Below, in pieces: positions 23,028 through 33,236 of a stretch of DNA of 64,000 bases. The notes under the pieces are model-generated. The model had not been told where the DNA came from. It was given only the letters and a program-made list of their open reading frames with translations, and searched no databases. Where the stretch lies: NCBI GenBank assembly GCA_030550025.1, contig JAUQQC010000002.1:262058-326057 (forward strand), read 5' to 3'. The translations under genes and the position numbers were made by a program. The DNA is from Acidobacteriota bacterium. Its GTDB lineage: Bacteria; Acidobacteriota; Blastocatellia; HR10. Numbering within the stretch: the first letter of the stretch is position 1; the number at the start of each line of letters is the position of its first letter.

Positions 23028-24809
23028 ATGAGGAAGCGGATGTTCAACGAACTTCTCGCGGGGGTTGGGATCCTGACCCTGACGATGGGGACCTTGAAGA
23101 TGACGTGGGCACAGCAGCCGTCCTCTTCGTCGGGGCAGCAGGAGGCGACCCGACCTCAAGTCATCCTGGAACGGGTGAAACCACTTCGCGTGCCGCGCGT
23201 GGGCGTCAATCCGGATCAGCTTCTGTATCTCTCCCTGCATGATGCGATCCTGAAGGCTTTGGAGAACAACAATCAGATTCAGATCGAACGCATGAGCGTG
23301 CAATCGAGCGAGCAAAGCCTTCTGGCGGCGCGCGGGGCTTACGACATTCTCTTTGGTTTCGACACCACGGGGACGACGGCGACGCGGCCCAGCACCAGCT
23401 CTTTCACCACCGGCGCGGATAATCCGGCGTTCACCAATCGGCAGCTCAACTATAACTTGTCGGTCCAGCAACTGCTGCCGACCGGTGGGAGCTGGCGCTT
23501 TCAGATCCTGAACACGCGCCAGACGACCGATCAGGTCTTCGTCTCGCGCTTCTTGGGCATCGAGAGCCGCGATTCGGCCGTCGCGTTCAACCCTTCGTTC
23601 GTGAGCACCGTGCAGTTTGAGTTGCGCCAACCATTGTTCCGAAACTTCCGCATGGATCAAACGCGGCGGCAGATCGAGATCGCGAAGCGAGCGCTCGATC
23701 TCTCCGACAGCCAATTCCGGCAGCGCGTGATCGAGATTATCACGCAGGTGCAGAACGCCTATTGGGATCTCGTCTTCGCCATCCGCAATGTGGAGATCGC
23801 CGAGCAATCGCTCGCGTTGGCGAAGGCGAATTTAGAGAACAATCGGCGGCAGGTTCAGGCTGGGACGCTGGCACCCATCGAATTGGCGCAGTCGGAGGCC
23901 GAGGTGCAGCGTCGGACGCAGGAGGTGACGGCGGCCATCGGGCAGGTCACCGTCGCTGAGAACGCGCTCAAGAATCTGATCCTCGGCGATCCGAACTCGC
24001 CGGAATGGTCGGCCAACATCGTCCCGACGGAGAGCATCGACTTCCTGCCGCCGGCCGTGGACTTCGAGAGCGCGCTGCGGATGGCGCTTCAGAATCGTCC
24101 GGAGCTGGAGCAATTGCGCTTTCGGAGGGCGCAAAACGAGATCGATCTGAAATACTTTCGGAACCAGATGCGCCCGCAGATCGATCTGGTGGCCACGTAT
24201 GGGAGCTCGGGCTTGGCGGGAACACCGACGATGGTGACGCGCATCAAGGTGGATGAGGAGGGCAATCCGATCACGGATCCGGAGACGGGAGAGCCCGTCC
24301 TGGAGCGCGTCCCGCGCGATGTGCCCCCGCGCTTCATCGGCGGGGCGGCCAAAGCCCTGCGCACGGCGTTCTCGAACGATTTTCGCTCTTACAGCTTTGG
24401 CCTTTCGTTCAGCTTCCCCTTGCGGAATCGAACGGCCGAGGGGAATTTCGGCGCGGCGTTGGCGCAGCGGCGCAGCCTCGATTTTCAAGAGCGGCAGTTG
24501 ATCCAGCAGATCAGCGTCGAAGTTCGGAACGCGTTGCAGCAGGTGGAGGTTGCCCGCCAGAATATCGAGGCCGCGCGCGCTGAGCGGATTGCGCGCGAGC
24601 GTCAGCTGGAGGGCGAGCAGAAGAAGTTCGAGGCCGGGCTCTCGACGACCTTCTTCGTCCTACAATTCCAGAACTTCCTGGCCGCCGCGCGGGCGCAGGA
24701 GTTGCAGGCGCTGGTCAACTACAACAAAGCGATCGCCAATCTCCAGCGCGTGATGTCCACGACGCTAGACGCGTACAATATCAAGATCTCCGCGCAGTCC
24801 GGCAGATGA
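23028..24809 (+). CDS. TolC-family outer-membrane efflux protein
   Basis: Signal peptide, LSL.DAI..ALENN, QPLFRNF, V..AYWDL, AL.NRPEL, FEAGLST. Confidence 0.88.
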   Translation: MRKRMFNELLAGVGILTLTMGTLKMTWAQQPSSSSGQQEATRPQVILERVKPLRVPRVGVNPDQLLYLSLHDAILKALENNNQIQIERMSVQSSEQSLLAARGAYDILFGFDTTGTTATRPSTSSFTTGADNPAFTNRQLNYNLSVQQLLPTGGSWRFQILNTRQTTDQVFVSRFLGIESRDSAVAFNPSFVSTVQFELRQPLFRNFRMDQTRRQIEIAKRALDLSDSQFRQRVIEIITQVQNAYWDLVFAIRNVEIAEQSLALAKANLENNRRQVQAGTLAPIELAQSEAEVQRRTQEVTAAIGQVTVAENALKNLILGDPNSPEWSANIVPTESIDFLPPAVDFESALRMALQNRPELEQLRFRRAQNEIDLKYFRNQMRPQIDLVATYGSSGLAGTPTMVTRIKVDEEGNPITDPETGEPVLERVPRDVPPRFIGGAAKALRTAFSNDFRSYSFGLSFSFPLRNRTAEGNFGAALAQRRSLDFQERQLIQQISVEVRNALQQVEVARQNIEAARAERIARERQLEGEQKKFEAGLSTTFFVLQFQNFLAAARAQELQALVNYNKAIANLQRVMSTTLDAYNIKISAQSGR

Positions 24810-24897
24810 CGATTCTGGGAGGTCTCGTCGCCCGGGGCGAGGCCTCTCCCTCACGTATTCCCCGCGCTGGGGCCGATTGGGGCTCCGCCACCCGCGT

Positions 24898-25677
24898 ATG
24901 AAGATCTCGGCCACGCTCATCGCCGGCAATGAAGAGGATCGGATCGGCGACGCGCTGGCGTCCGTCGCGTGGGCGGATGAGATCATCGTCGTCGTGGATG
25001 CCCGCAGCACGGATCGTACGGCGGAGATCGCTCGACAGTATACGGACCGCGTCTTCGTGCATCCCTGGTCCGGCTACGCCGCGCAGAAGCGATTTGCCCA
25101 GGAGCAAGCCACGCACGAATGGATCTTCTCCCTCGATGCCGACGAGCGCGTCTCGCCCGAATTGTGGCACTCGATCGAACAGTTGAAGCGCGAAGGGCCG
25201 CGACATGACGGCTATCGCGTCGCGCGCCGCGCCTGGTATCTTGGACGGTGGATCCAACATAGCGGCTGGTACCCGGATTATCAGCTGCGCCTCTATCGCC
25301 GCGATCGGGCTCGATGGGTGGGCGAGTACGTCCATGAATCCGTGCGCGTCGAAGGGAGCGTGGGGACGCTCAAGGGGGATCTCTGGCATCTGACGCGGCG
25401 CAGCTTGAGCGAACATCACGAGGTCTTGAACCGCTACACGACGCTCGCAGCCGAAGAAGCCTTCGCCCATGGGAAGCGCGCTGGGTGGTTCGCCCTGTGC
25501 GTGCGACCGCTGCTGGCCTTCCTGCGGAGTTATGTGCTCCGGCAGGGCTTTCGCGATGGGATTCCCGGGCTGGTGATTTCGGGCTTTGCCGCCTACTATG
25601 TCTTCCTCAAGAATGCCAAGCTCTGGGAGCGCGCGCACTTTCCCCAAGGATGGGGACATCCACCCACGATGGGATAG
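24898..25677 (+). CDS. Glycosyltransferase family 2 (WaaE/KdtX-like LPS beta-1,4-glucosyltransferase family)
   Basis: NEE..I..AL.SV.WADEIIVV, WIFSLDADER, GWYPDYQLRL, GFRDG..G. Confidence 0.88.
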   Translation: MKISATLIAGNEEDRIGDALASVAWADEIIVVVDARSTDRTAEIARQYTDRVFVHPWSGYAAQKRFAQEQATHEWIFSLDADERVSPELWHSIEQLKREGPRHDGYRVARRAWYLGRWIQHSGWYPDYQLRLYRRDRARWVGEYVHESVRVEGSVGTLKGDLWHLTRRSLSEHHEVLNRYTTLAAEEAFAHGKRAGWFALCVRPLLAFLRSYVLRQGFRDGIPGLVISGFAAYYVFLKNAKLWERAHFPQGWGHPPTMG

Positions 25678-25678
25678 C

Positions 25679-26479
25679 TCACGCGGTCGCGCCCAAGAAT
25701 TCCAGGACGGCGCGGTTGAAGGCGTCGGCTTGTTCGAGGAAGACGGCGTGTCCAGCGCCTTCGATGATGTGCAATCGGGCATTGGGGATTCGCGCGGCGA
25801 GATTCCGCGAATTCTCCGGCGGGATCAAGATGTCCGCATCCCCGGTGACGATGAGCGTCGGCGATTGGATCGTGGAGACTCGATCTTCGGTATTGAAGGC
25901 CATCACGGCTTGAATCTGCGCAAGGAACGTTTGCTCGGAGATCGGATGGGCGAGCCGGCGCCGCACAAGGTCCTCCACCTCATCAGGATGTTCGGAGAGG
26001 AATCGCGGCGTGAAGGCGATGGGCAAGCCCGCCCGCACGCGCTCTTCGGTGTTCAACCCATCCGGGGAGAGAAACGCCTGTACGATCTCCGGTGCAGCGG
26101 GGACATGGTTCGGACCTCCGAAGCTCGTGCACACGAGGACGAGCCGCTCGACGAGCGCAGGATAAGCTAAAGCCAGCTCTTGCGCGATGAATCCCCCCAT
26201 CGAGGCGCCGAGGACGTGAGCCCGTTCGATCCCGAGCGCCCTGAGCAATGCCGCGGCATCCTCGGCGAGCGTGCGCATTGTGAAAGGGGCCTCGCCCAAC
26301 TCCGAGGCCCCGATCCCTCGGTTGTCGAAGACGATCGTTTGAAAGTGGGGGGAGAAGGCCGGGATTTGCTTATACCAAATCCAGCTCCCCACGCCGAGCC
26401 CGGCAATCAGTAGCAGCGGCGTGCCGGTCCCATACGTCTCGTAGTAGAGCCGAACGCCGTTGGCTAGGACCGTCGGCAC
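25679..26479 (-). CDS. Alpha/beta hydrolase
   Basis: FDNRG.G.S, GASMGG nucleophile elbow, G..D, AGH; GTG start just after the beta-subunit stop. Confidence 0.9.
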   Translation of the reverse strand: MPTVLANGVRLYYETYGTGTPLLLIAGLGVGSWIWYKQIPAFSPHFQTIVFDNRGIGASELGEAPFTMRTLAEDAAALLRALGIERAHVLGASMGGFIAQELALAYPALVERLVLVCTSFGGPNHVPAAPEIVQAFLSPDGLNTEERVRAGLPIAFTPRFLSEHPDEVEDLVRRRLAHPISEQTFLAQIQAVMAFNTEDRVSTIQSPTLIVTGDADILIPPENSRNLAARIPNARLHIIEGAGHAVFLEQADAFNRAVLEFLGATA

Positions 26480-26481
26480 TG

Positions 26482-27363
26482 CTACATCAGCTCTTCGATC
26501 AACTCCTCGAAGACGGCGCGCTCCGGCCGCAAGGGGTGACGCACAAGTGGCCCTTTTCGCAAGGCCGGTTCGCTGTCCTCGTAGATCGGATGCTCGTCTT
26601 TGTAAAAGAGGCCGATGGGGATGCGATCGCCCCACTCGAAGGATTTCTGAAGCGCCGCCATGACGTCGGACGGATCATACCCGGGCTCTTCTTCAAGCTT
26701 ATAGACGCGTTGCTTGAACCATGGATAGGTATTGACCTTATTGTAGGTCACACACGGGCTGAAAACATCTATGAGCGCGAATCCGCGGTGCGCGATCCCT
26801 CCAGCGATCAGCTGCGCCAGGTGCTCGGGTTCTCCCGAGAAGCCGCGCGCGACGTAGGTCGCTCCGGAGACGAGCGCCAACGCGATGGGATTGATCGGCG
26901 GCTCCGCGTTCCCGCGTGGTGTGGATTTTGTCCGCACGTCTTTCATCGTCGTCGGCGACGCTTGCCCCGTGGTGAGGCCGTAGATTTGGTTGTTCATCAC
27001 GACGTAGGTGATATCGATGTTCCGGCGCATGGCGTGGATGAAATGCCCGATGCCGATGCCGTACCCATCCCCATCGCCGCCGGTGACGACGACGTGCAGC
27101 TCGTGATTGGCGAGTTTGATCCCCTGGGCCACGGCGACGGCGCGTCCATGAAGGCTGTGAACGCCATAGGCGTGAATGAAGCCCGGCAGGTTCGAGGAGC
27201 AACCGATGCCGGAGACGAGCACCAGGTCTTTCGGCTTGATGCCGAGCTTTCCAGCAGCCATCTTCACAGCTTTCAGAACCCCGAAATCCCCGCAGCCCGG
27301 ACACCAATCGGGATCAACTGGTCCCGCATACGTCTCAATCGGAAGCTCAATGACGGTCGCCAT
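26482..27363 (-). CDS. 2-oxoacid:ferredoxin oxidoreductase beta subunit
   Basis: WCPGCGD, SGIGCS, LHGR, GGDGD TPP motif, NN.IYGLT.GQ.SPT, SPCVT. Confidence 0.95.
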   Translation of the reverse strand: MATVIELPIETYAGPVDPDWCPGCGDFGVLKAVKMAAGKLGIKPKDLVLVSGIGCSSNLPGFIHAYGVHSLHGRAVAVAQGIKLANHELHVVVTGGDGDGYGIGIGHFIHAMRRNIDITYVVMNNQIYGLTTGQASPTTMKDVRTKSTPRGNAEPPINPIALALVSGATYVARGFSGEPEHLAQLIAGGIAHRGFALIDVFSPCVTYNKVNTYPWFKQRVYKLEEEPGYDPSDVMAALQKSFEWGDRIPIGLFYKDEHPIYEDSEPALRKGPLVRHPLRPERAVFEELIEELM

Positions 27364-27377
27364 ACTTCTCCTCTCCT

Positions 27378-29366
27378 TCAGGATGCCGATTCCTCTGGTT
27401 GCCAGTGATAGGTCGAACCGGTCTCGACGCCGATGAGCAATCGCCCGCGCCTCCGTCCCGTCTCGCGCGAGAGGATCTCCACGTCCCAGATGGGCTCTTG
27501 GAATCCATCGCGCTCGAGGCGGAAGATACGCCCAGGGCGCGCATCGTCGTCCAGATGGGTGCGGATGTAGTGAGCGGCGATCTCGCGCGCTTCGTCTTCG
27601 GTGACATCGAGCGGGCGTGGCTTCCCCTCAAGGATCGCCTTCACTTGCTCAACGATCTGATGGGGCTCAAACGGTTCGCCATCGTACTTGCGAATGTGCG
27701 CATCCACGGAGATGCCCGTCTCCGCCCTCAAGTAGCGTGCGAACTGCCCGCTGTAATTCGCCTCGACGCAGATCGTCTTCCGGCAGCGCCGTAAGATCTC
27801 GGCTACTTCGCAGGCATGGAAGGGGAAGAGGTATTTGATGTGCAGGTGATTGGCGCGAATCCCCTGCTGGGCGAGTTTCTCGACGACTTCTCGAATGACG
27901 CCCTTGGTCGAGCCCCAGCCGATCAGCGTCACGTCGGCGTCCTCCGGTCCTTCGAGCACAGGCGGCGGAAGTTCGCGGAGGACGGCTTCGAGCTTGCGCA
28001 TTCGCTTCTCGTGGATCTTGCGTCGCACCGGAGGAGACGTGAAGACGTCGCTGATCAAGATGCCTTCCTCATCGTGATCATCCGTGGCGGCGACGTGCAT
28101 CGCGCCTTCAGTCCCCGGAAGCGCGCGGGGGGAGATGCCCGAGCGCGTGAACGCATAGCGCTTGTATTTCCCCTGGGATTCATCCCATTCGGCCACCAGC
28201 TCTCCGCGCTCGATGGGGACATCATAGCGCAGGGCGTCGGGCTCGATCGTCTCCGGATGCTCGCTGAGCAGCAGGTCGCTCATGATGATCACGGGCAGCT
28301 GATACTTCTCGGCGAGATTGAACGCTTCGACGACCGTCGCGAAGCAATCCGCCACATCTCCCGGAGCGATGATCACGCGCGGATAATCGCCTTGCGAAGC
28401 GCCGAAGACCTGATTGAGATCACCCTGCTCGGTCTTCGTCGGCAAGCCCGTTGAAGGCCCTCCGCGCTGCACCTCAATGACGACCACGGGCGCCTCGATC
28501 ATCCCCGCTTGTCCGATCGCCTCCGTCATCAGGGCGAAACCGCCGCCCGATGTCCCGCACATAGCGCGGACGCCCGCATATCCGGCCCCGATCGCCATAT
28601 TCACGACGGCCAACTCATCCTCGCACTGCTTGACGACGATGCCGCAGCGCTCGGCGTGAGCGGCCATCCAGTGCAAGATCGAGGAGGCTGGCGTCATCGG
28701 ATACGCCGAATAGAACTTGCATCCGGCCGTCACGGCCCCGATGGCGAAAGCCTCGTTCCCCGTGATGAAGGGCCGACGAACGCGCGTGAACGTCCACGTG
28801 TAGCCGAGCGGGACGAAATGCTCCTTCGCATAGTCATATCCCGCTCGCGCGATGGCGACGTTCTGATCAATGACGGCCTGCCCTTTGTGCTTGAACGTAT
28901 CGGTGAGCACGCTCACTGCCGTCTCGAAATCCAATCCGATCAGAAAGAGCAGGGCGCCGAGCGCCACCGTGTTCTGCATGACTGGCGGGACCTTTCCAAG
29001 CGGCTTCGTGATCGCGGAGACCGGCAGCGGGACCGGCAACACGTTGTCCCGCAAAAGCGTCGGATCGAGCTTCAGCTTGTCGGAATTGTAGAGGATGGCC
29101 CCGCCAGGTTCGACCTCGCGGGCATGGCGCTCGATCGAATCCTGATTCAGGGCGATGAGGACGTTCAGGTGATCTCCGTGAGAAGTCAACTTCTTCTCCC
29201 CAATTCGAACGCGTAGCCAGATGTGCCCGCCGCGGATGACGGATTGGTAGCTGTTGTAGGCGTAGACGTACAGGCCCAATCGAGCGGCCGTCTTGGCCAG
29301 GGTATCCCCCGTCTTATCCAGCCCATCGCCGGCCGCTCCGCCAATGCCGACGGTGACTTCTCGCAT
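27378..29366 (-). CDS. 2-oxoacid:ferredoxin oxidoreductase alpha (fused gamma-alpha) subunit with C-terminal extension
   Basis: GG.AGDG, IRGGH, YPMTPAS, EDE, TSGGGF.LM.E, QRGGPSTGLPTK.EQ; TTGACG-17-TATCAT promoter at 29482-29510. Confidence 0.95.
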   Translation of the reverse strand: MREVTVGIGGAAGDGLDKTGDTLAKTAARLGLYVYAYNSYQSVIRGGHIWLRVRIGEKKLTSHGDHLNVLIALNQDSIERHAREVEPGGAILYNSDKLKLDPTLLRDNVLPVPLPVSAITKPLGKVPPVMQNTVALGALLFLIGLDFETAVSVLTDTFKHKGQAVIDQNVAIARAGYDYAKEHFVPLGYTWTFTRVRRPFITGNEAFAIGAVTAGCKFYSAYPMTPASSILHWMAAHAERCGIVVKQCEDELAVVNMAIGAGYAGVRAMCGTSGGGFALMTEAIGQAGMIEAPVVVIEVQRGGPSTGLPTKTEQGDLNQVFGASQGDYPRVIIAPGDVADCFATVVEAFNLAEKYQLPVIIMSDLLLSEHPETIEPDALRYDVPIERGELVAEWDESQGKYKRYAFTRSGISPRALPGTEGAMHVAATDDHDEEGILISDVFTSPPVRRKIHEKRMRKLEAVLRELPPPVLEGPEDADVTLIGWGSTKGVIREVVEKLAQQGIRANHLHIKYLFPFHACEVAEILRRCRKTICVEANYSGQFARYLRAETGISVDAHIRKYDGEPFEPHQIVEQVKAILEGKPRPLDVTEDEAREIAAHYIRTHLDDDARPGRIFRLERDGFQEPIWDVEILSRETGRRRGRLLIGVETGSTYHWQPEESAS

Positions 29367-29583
29367 GGTTTCCTCTCCTCGTTCAAGGATGATGAGAGCA
29401 GACGAGGCGATAGCTCGTATGATCCCCCCATCGCCGGGATACAGATTTGTTCCCCTCACCTCGCTTCACGATCAAGCCACAATGATAGGCCCTTCCCTCG
29501 CACGCGTCAAGCGGAGGCACGCCCTTTCGCCCAAGCTGCGCGGCACCCCGAGGATGGGGACGGATCGTGCTATACTGACGCGT

Positions 29584-30723
29584 ATGGCACCGTGGGGCAT
29601 CTATGTGCACATTCCGTTTTGCCCGTACAAATGCGCGTATTGCGACTTCGACTCGGGCGTCTATCCGGAGCCAATGGTCTCCGCCTATCTCTCGGCCTTA
29701 CGGGAGGAGATCGGGCGAATGAGCGCTGCCTTCAGCTCCGACGATCTCGTGGCGGATACGATCTATATCGGCGGCGGGACGCCTTCTCTGCTTGATCCGG
29801 AAACGCTTGAGGATCTCCTTCGAACCATTCGTCGCCATTTCCTCGTCCGGTCGGAAGCGGAGGTCACGCTCGAAGCGAATCCGGGGACGATCACAGCGGA
29901 GAAGGCGCGGGCGTTCCGTCAGCTTGGCGTGAATCGCGTGAGCCTTGGGGCACAGACCTTCTCCGAGCGCGAACTCGACGTGCTCGGGCGCCGTCATACG
30001 GTGGAGCAGATCGCGGAATCCGTCGCGCTTCTGCGGGAAGCTGGCGTGGAGAATCTGAACCTGGACCTGATCATCGGGATCCCTGGCCAAAGCTTGAGAA
30101 GTTGGGAGCAGACGATGGATCGCGCCTTCTCGCTGCGGCCGACACATCTTTCGGTCTACATGTTGGAGGTTCACGGGGGGACACCGTTGGCGGCTCAATT
30201 GGCGCGCGGCATCCTCGTCGAACCGGACGAGACGCTCACCGTTCAAATGTACGATCGGTTTCTCGAGCGAGCCGAAGCCGAAGGATTTGCGCACTATGAG
30301 ATCTCGAACTTCTGCCGTCCGGGATTTGCCTCTCGACACAATCTCAAGTATTGGTCCGACGAGCCGTACCTCGGCTTTGGCTGCAGTGCGCATTCGTACG
30401 ATTTCCGAGAGCGACGATGGAATCTGGCGACGCCGCGAGCCTATGTGGAGGCGATGCGCGAGCGAGGGGAAGCCATCGCAGGTCGAATCCCCATGACCGA
30501 GCAGCGGCGGATCGAAGAGGCGCTCATACTCGGGCTGCGCCGACGTTCGGGGGTGGACCTTCGCGCCTTTCGAGACCGCTATGGCGTGGACGTCCTCGAC
30601 CGCTACGGCGATCAGCTGGCGCCGCTGTGCGAGGCCGGGCTTGTGGAGATTGGCGGAGGCATCCTTCGTCTCACGCGAAAGGGCTTGGTCCTGGCCAACG
30701 AGGTGTTTGCCGTCTTCGTCTGA
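29584..30723 (+). CDS. hemW: Radical SAM heme chaperone HemW (HemN-like)
   Basis: YVHIPFC..KC.YCDF, GGGTPS, YEISNF, HNLKYW (HemW HNxxYW). Confidence 0.9.
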   Translation: MAPWGIYVHIPFCPYKCAYCDFDSGVYPEPMVSAYLSALREEIGRMSAAFSSDDLVADTIYIGGGTPSLLDPETLEDLLRTIRRHFLVRSEAEVTLEANPGTITAEKARAFRQLGVNRVSLGAQTFSERELDVLGRRHTVEQIAESVALLREAGVENLNLDLIIGIPGQSLRSWEQTMDRAFSLRPTHLSVYMLEVHGGTPLAAQLARGILVEPDETLTVQMYDRFLERAEAEGFAHYEISNFCRPGFASRHNLKYWSDEPYLGFGCSAHSYDFRERRWNLATPRAYVEAMRERGEAIAGRIPMTEQRRIEEALILGLRRRSGVDLRAFRDRYGVDVLDRYGDQLAPLCEAGLVEIGGGILRLTRKGLVLANEVFAVFV

Positions 30724-30767
30724 GGTCGGGTACATTTACCCCCTCACGAAGATACTGGGAGGGGAAG

Positions 30768-31856
30768 ATGCGGTTCATCGATCTTCGCAGCGACACCGTG
30801 ACGCGGCCGACGCCGGAGATGCGCGAGGCGATGGCCAGCGCCGAGGTCGGTGACGATGTCTATCTGGAAGATCCGACGGTGAATCGGTTGCAGGAGCGCG
30901 CGGCTGAGATCTTTCGGAAAGAGGCGGCGCTCTTCGTCCCCTCGGGGACGATGGGGAACCAGATCTGCGTGAAAGTGCACACGCGGCCGGGACAGGAGGT
31001 GATCCTCGAAGAGAGGAGCCACATTTACAACTTCGAGATGGCGGCGATGGCCGTGATCTCGGGGACACTCCCGCGCGTCGTGCGGGGGCGCGATGGGCTT
31101 CTGGACTGGCCGACGATCGAAGCAGCGCTGAGCCCGGCGGTCTATTATCGCGCGCCGACGGGGTTGATTTGTCTGGAGAATACGCATAATCTGGCGGGGG
31201 GGACAGTCCTGCCCTTGGAAACGGCGCGCGAGATCTGCGCACGCGCCCATGAGCGCGGCGTGCCTGTGCATCTGGATGGGGCGCGCTTGTTCAATGCCGC
31301 CGTGGCGTGTGGGCGATCGGTCGCGGAGCTGGCAGAGCCCTTCGATTCCGTGATGGTGTGCCTCTCGAAGGGGCTCGGCGCTCCGGTCGGCTCGCTCATC
31401 CTCGGTTCACGCGCGTTCATAGAGGAAGCGCGCGCCGTGCGCAAGATGCTCGGCGGAGGGATGCGACAGGTGGGCGTTCTCGCCGCTGCCGGATTGATCG
31501 CCTTGGAGAAGATGCCCGCGCGCCTTATCGAGGATCACGAGAACGCCCGTCTGCTCGCTCGTGGTTTAGCCGAACTCCCGGGACTCGCGCTCGATCCCGA
31601 GAAGGTCCAGACGAACATCGTCATCGTGGACGTCGCAGCGACCGGATGGACGGCCGCGGAGTTCGCCGAACGACTTCGAGCGCAGGGAGTTCTGGTCGGC
31701 AGCCTCGACGCGACGACCGTTCGCTTCGTGACGCATTACGAGGTCAGCCGCGACGACTGCCTGACGGCGCTTCGCCTCATTCGCGAGGTCCTTCTGGAAG
31801 CTCCGGGGGCGAGAGCTGAGTGCTCCGATGCCGAGGAGGGGGATCATCACCATTGA
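30768..31856 (+). CDS. ltaE: Low-specificity L-threonine aldolase
   Basis: [51 protein letters not shown]. Confidence 0.95.
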   Translation: MRFIDLRSDTVTRPTPEMREAMASAEVGDDVYLEDPTVNRLQERAAEIFRKEAALFVPSGTMGNQICVKVHTRPGQEVILEERSHIYNFEMAAMAVISGTLPRVVRGRDGLLDWPTIEAALSPAVYYRAPTGLICLENTHNLAGGTVLPLETAREICARAHERGVPVHLDGARLFNAAVACGRSVAELAEPFDSVMVCLSKGLGAPVGSLILGSRAFIEEARAVRKMLGGGMRQVGVLAAAGLIALEKMPARLIEDHENARLLARGLAELPGLALDPEKVQTNIVIVDVAATGWTAAEFAERLRAQGVLVGSLDATTVRFVTHYEVSRDDCLTALRLIREVLLEAPGARAECSDAEEGDHHH

Positions 31857-32532
31857 TGGACCAGCCGGATCGGGCAAGAGTACGGTGGGACGGCTCTTGG
31901 CCCAACGGCTCGGCTACCTCTACATGGACACGGGCGCGATGTATCGCGCGCTCGCGTGGAAAGCCCTTCACCTGGGGATCGCCCTGGAGGATTCGGCGGC
32001 ACTCACGCGTTTGGCTGAGGCTTCGCGCATTGCGCTCTCGGGAGATCCCGAACACGTGCGCGTCACCATTGATGGACGCGACGTGACCGAAGCGATCCGC
32101 TCTCCGGAAGTCAGCCGCGCCGCTTCCCTCATCGCGACGATCGAAGGCGTTCGTCGAGCGATCGTCGCCGCGCAGCGCGAGATGGGACGAGGTGGCGGCG
32201 TCGTGCTCGAAGGCCGAGATACAGGGACGGTCGTCTTCCCGGATGCCGATGTGAAATTCTTCTTGGACGCGCGCCCCGAGGTGCGCGCTCGACGACGGTT
32301 GGAGCAAGAGCGCGCGCAAGGCCGTGATGTCTCTTTCGAGGAGACGTTGCGGGAGACGCTCGAGCGCGATCGTCGGGATCAAGAGCGCTCTGCTTCCCCC
32401 CTTCGTCAGGCGGAGGATGCCTTCTACCTCGATTCCTCCGACATGAGCGTGGAGGAGGTCCTGGAGCGCATGCTGGAGATCATCCGGCAGCGGCTATCCG
32501 GGGAGGCATCGTCTCGTCCCCCTCACTCATGA
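31828..32532 (+). CDS. cmk: Cytidylate kinase
   Basis: [29 protein letters not shown]. Confidence 0.96.
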   Translation: MPRRGIITIDGPAGSGKSTVGRLLAQRLGYLYMDTGAMYRALAWKALHLGIALEDSAALTRLAEASRIALSGDPEHVRVTIDGRDVTEAIRSPEVSRAASLIATIEGVRRAIVAAQREMGRGGGVVLEGRDTGTVVFPDADVKFFLDARPEVRARRRLEQERAQGRDVSFEETLRETLERDRRDQERSASPLRQAEDAFYLDSSDMSVEEVLERMLEIIRQRLSGEASSRPPHS

Positions 32533-33236
32533 GGGGGGCGCCCGCGCCTCCGAGAGCAAAGATCCACTTTCGGGAGGAAGCGTCCGACCGATCGCGCGTA
32601 CGCTCGATAGGCTTCACCGTAGCGCGCCAAGAGGACGCGCTCTTCAGCCTGCGCTCGCAACGCGTTTCCGATCATGGCGGCAATGGCGCTTAGGAGGAAG
32701 AGCGCGCAGGGGACCAGCAGGAAGGTCCCCACGTAAAGCGCTTGCAAGCCCGTGTAGAGGGGATGTCGGACGGAGCGATATGGCCCGTGCCGGATGAGGC
32801 GATGCCCGACGATGAGGCGAGGACGAAGATCGAAGGACGAACCCAGAGAGAGCGTGGCCCATATGACCAATCCGTGACCGCCGACGAGAAGCCCACCCCC
32901 CACGCGGGGGAAGAAGAGGTTCCGGGAGAGCGCTTGAAAAAGCGGCCACGTGGGATTCGCCGCATAGCCGAGGGAACCGAGGAACCATCCGGCATATCCG
33001 AGGAACGAGAGCGCGAGTCCGAGGCGTGGGACGGCCGTCGAAGCGATGACCTCATTCGCTCCTCCCCGCTGCGCCCGTCGAAGAAATCGCCATGTGGTGA
33101 ACCAGAGGAGGACCTGTATGCCCGCGCTCGCGGCGAGGATCGCTCGGATCATGGGCGGCGCCTCAGAAGGGGAGAAGGGATGCGCCCCGCGCGCCGTCCT
33201 GAGGACGCCGAGCGCGCGGGGACGGTTCTCGCTCAT
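32523..33236 (-). CDS. Isoprenylcysteine carboxylmethyltransferase / PEMT-family membrane methyltransferase
   Basis: H.LI..GPY..VRHPLY, EE..L...YG..Y..Y; ATGA overlap with the nrdJ stop (alternative start 33152). Confidence 0.85.
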   Translation of the reverse strand: MSENRPRALGVLRTARGAHPFSPSEAPPMIRAILAASAGIQVLLWFTTWRFLRRAQRGGANEVIASTAVPRLGLALSFLGYAGWFLGSLGYAANPTWPLFQALSRNLFFPRVGGGLLVGGHGLVIWATLSLGSSFDLRPRLIVGHRLIRHGPYRSVRHPLYTGLQALYVGTFLLVPCALFLLSAIAAMIGNALRAQAEERVLLARYGEAYRAYARSVGRFLPKVDLCSRRRGRPPHE

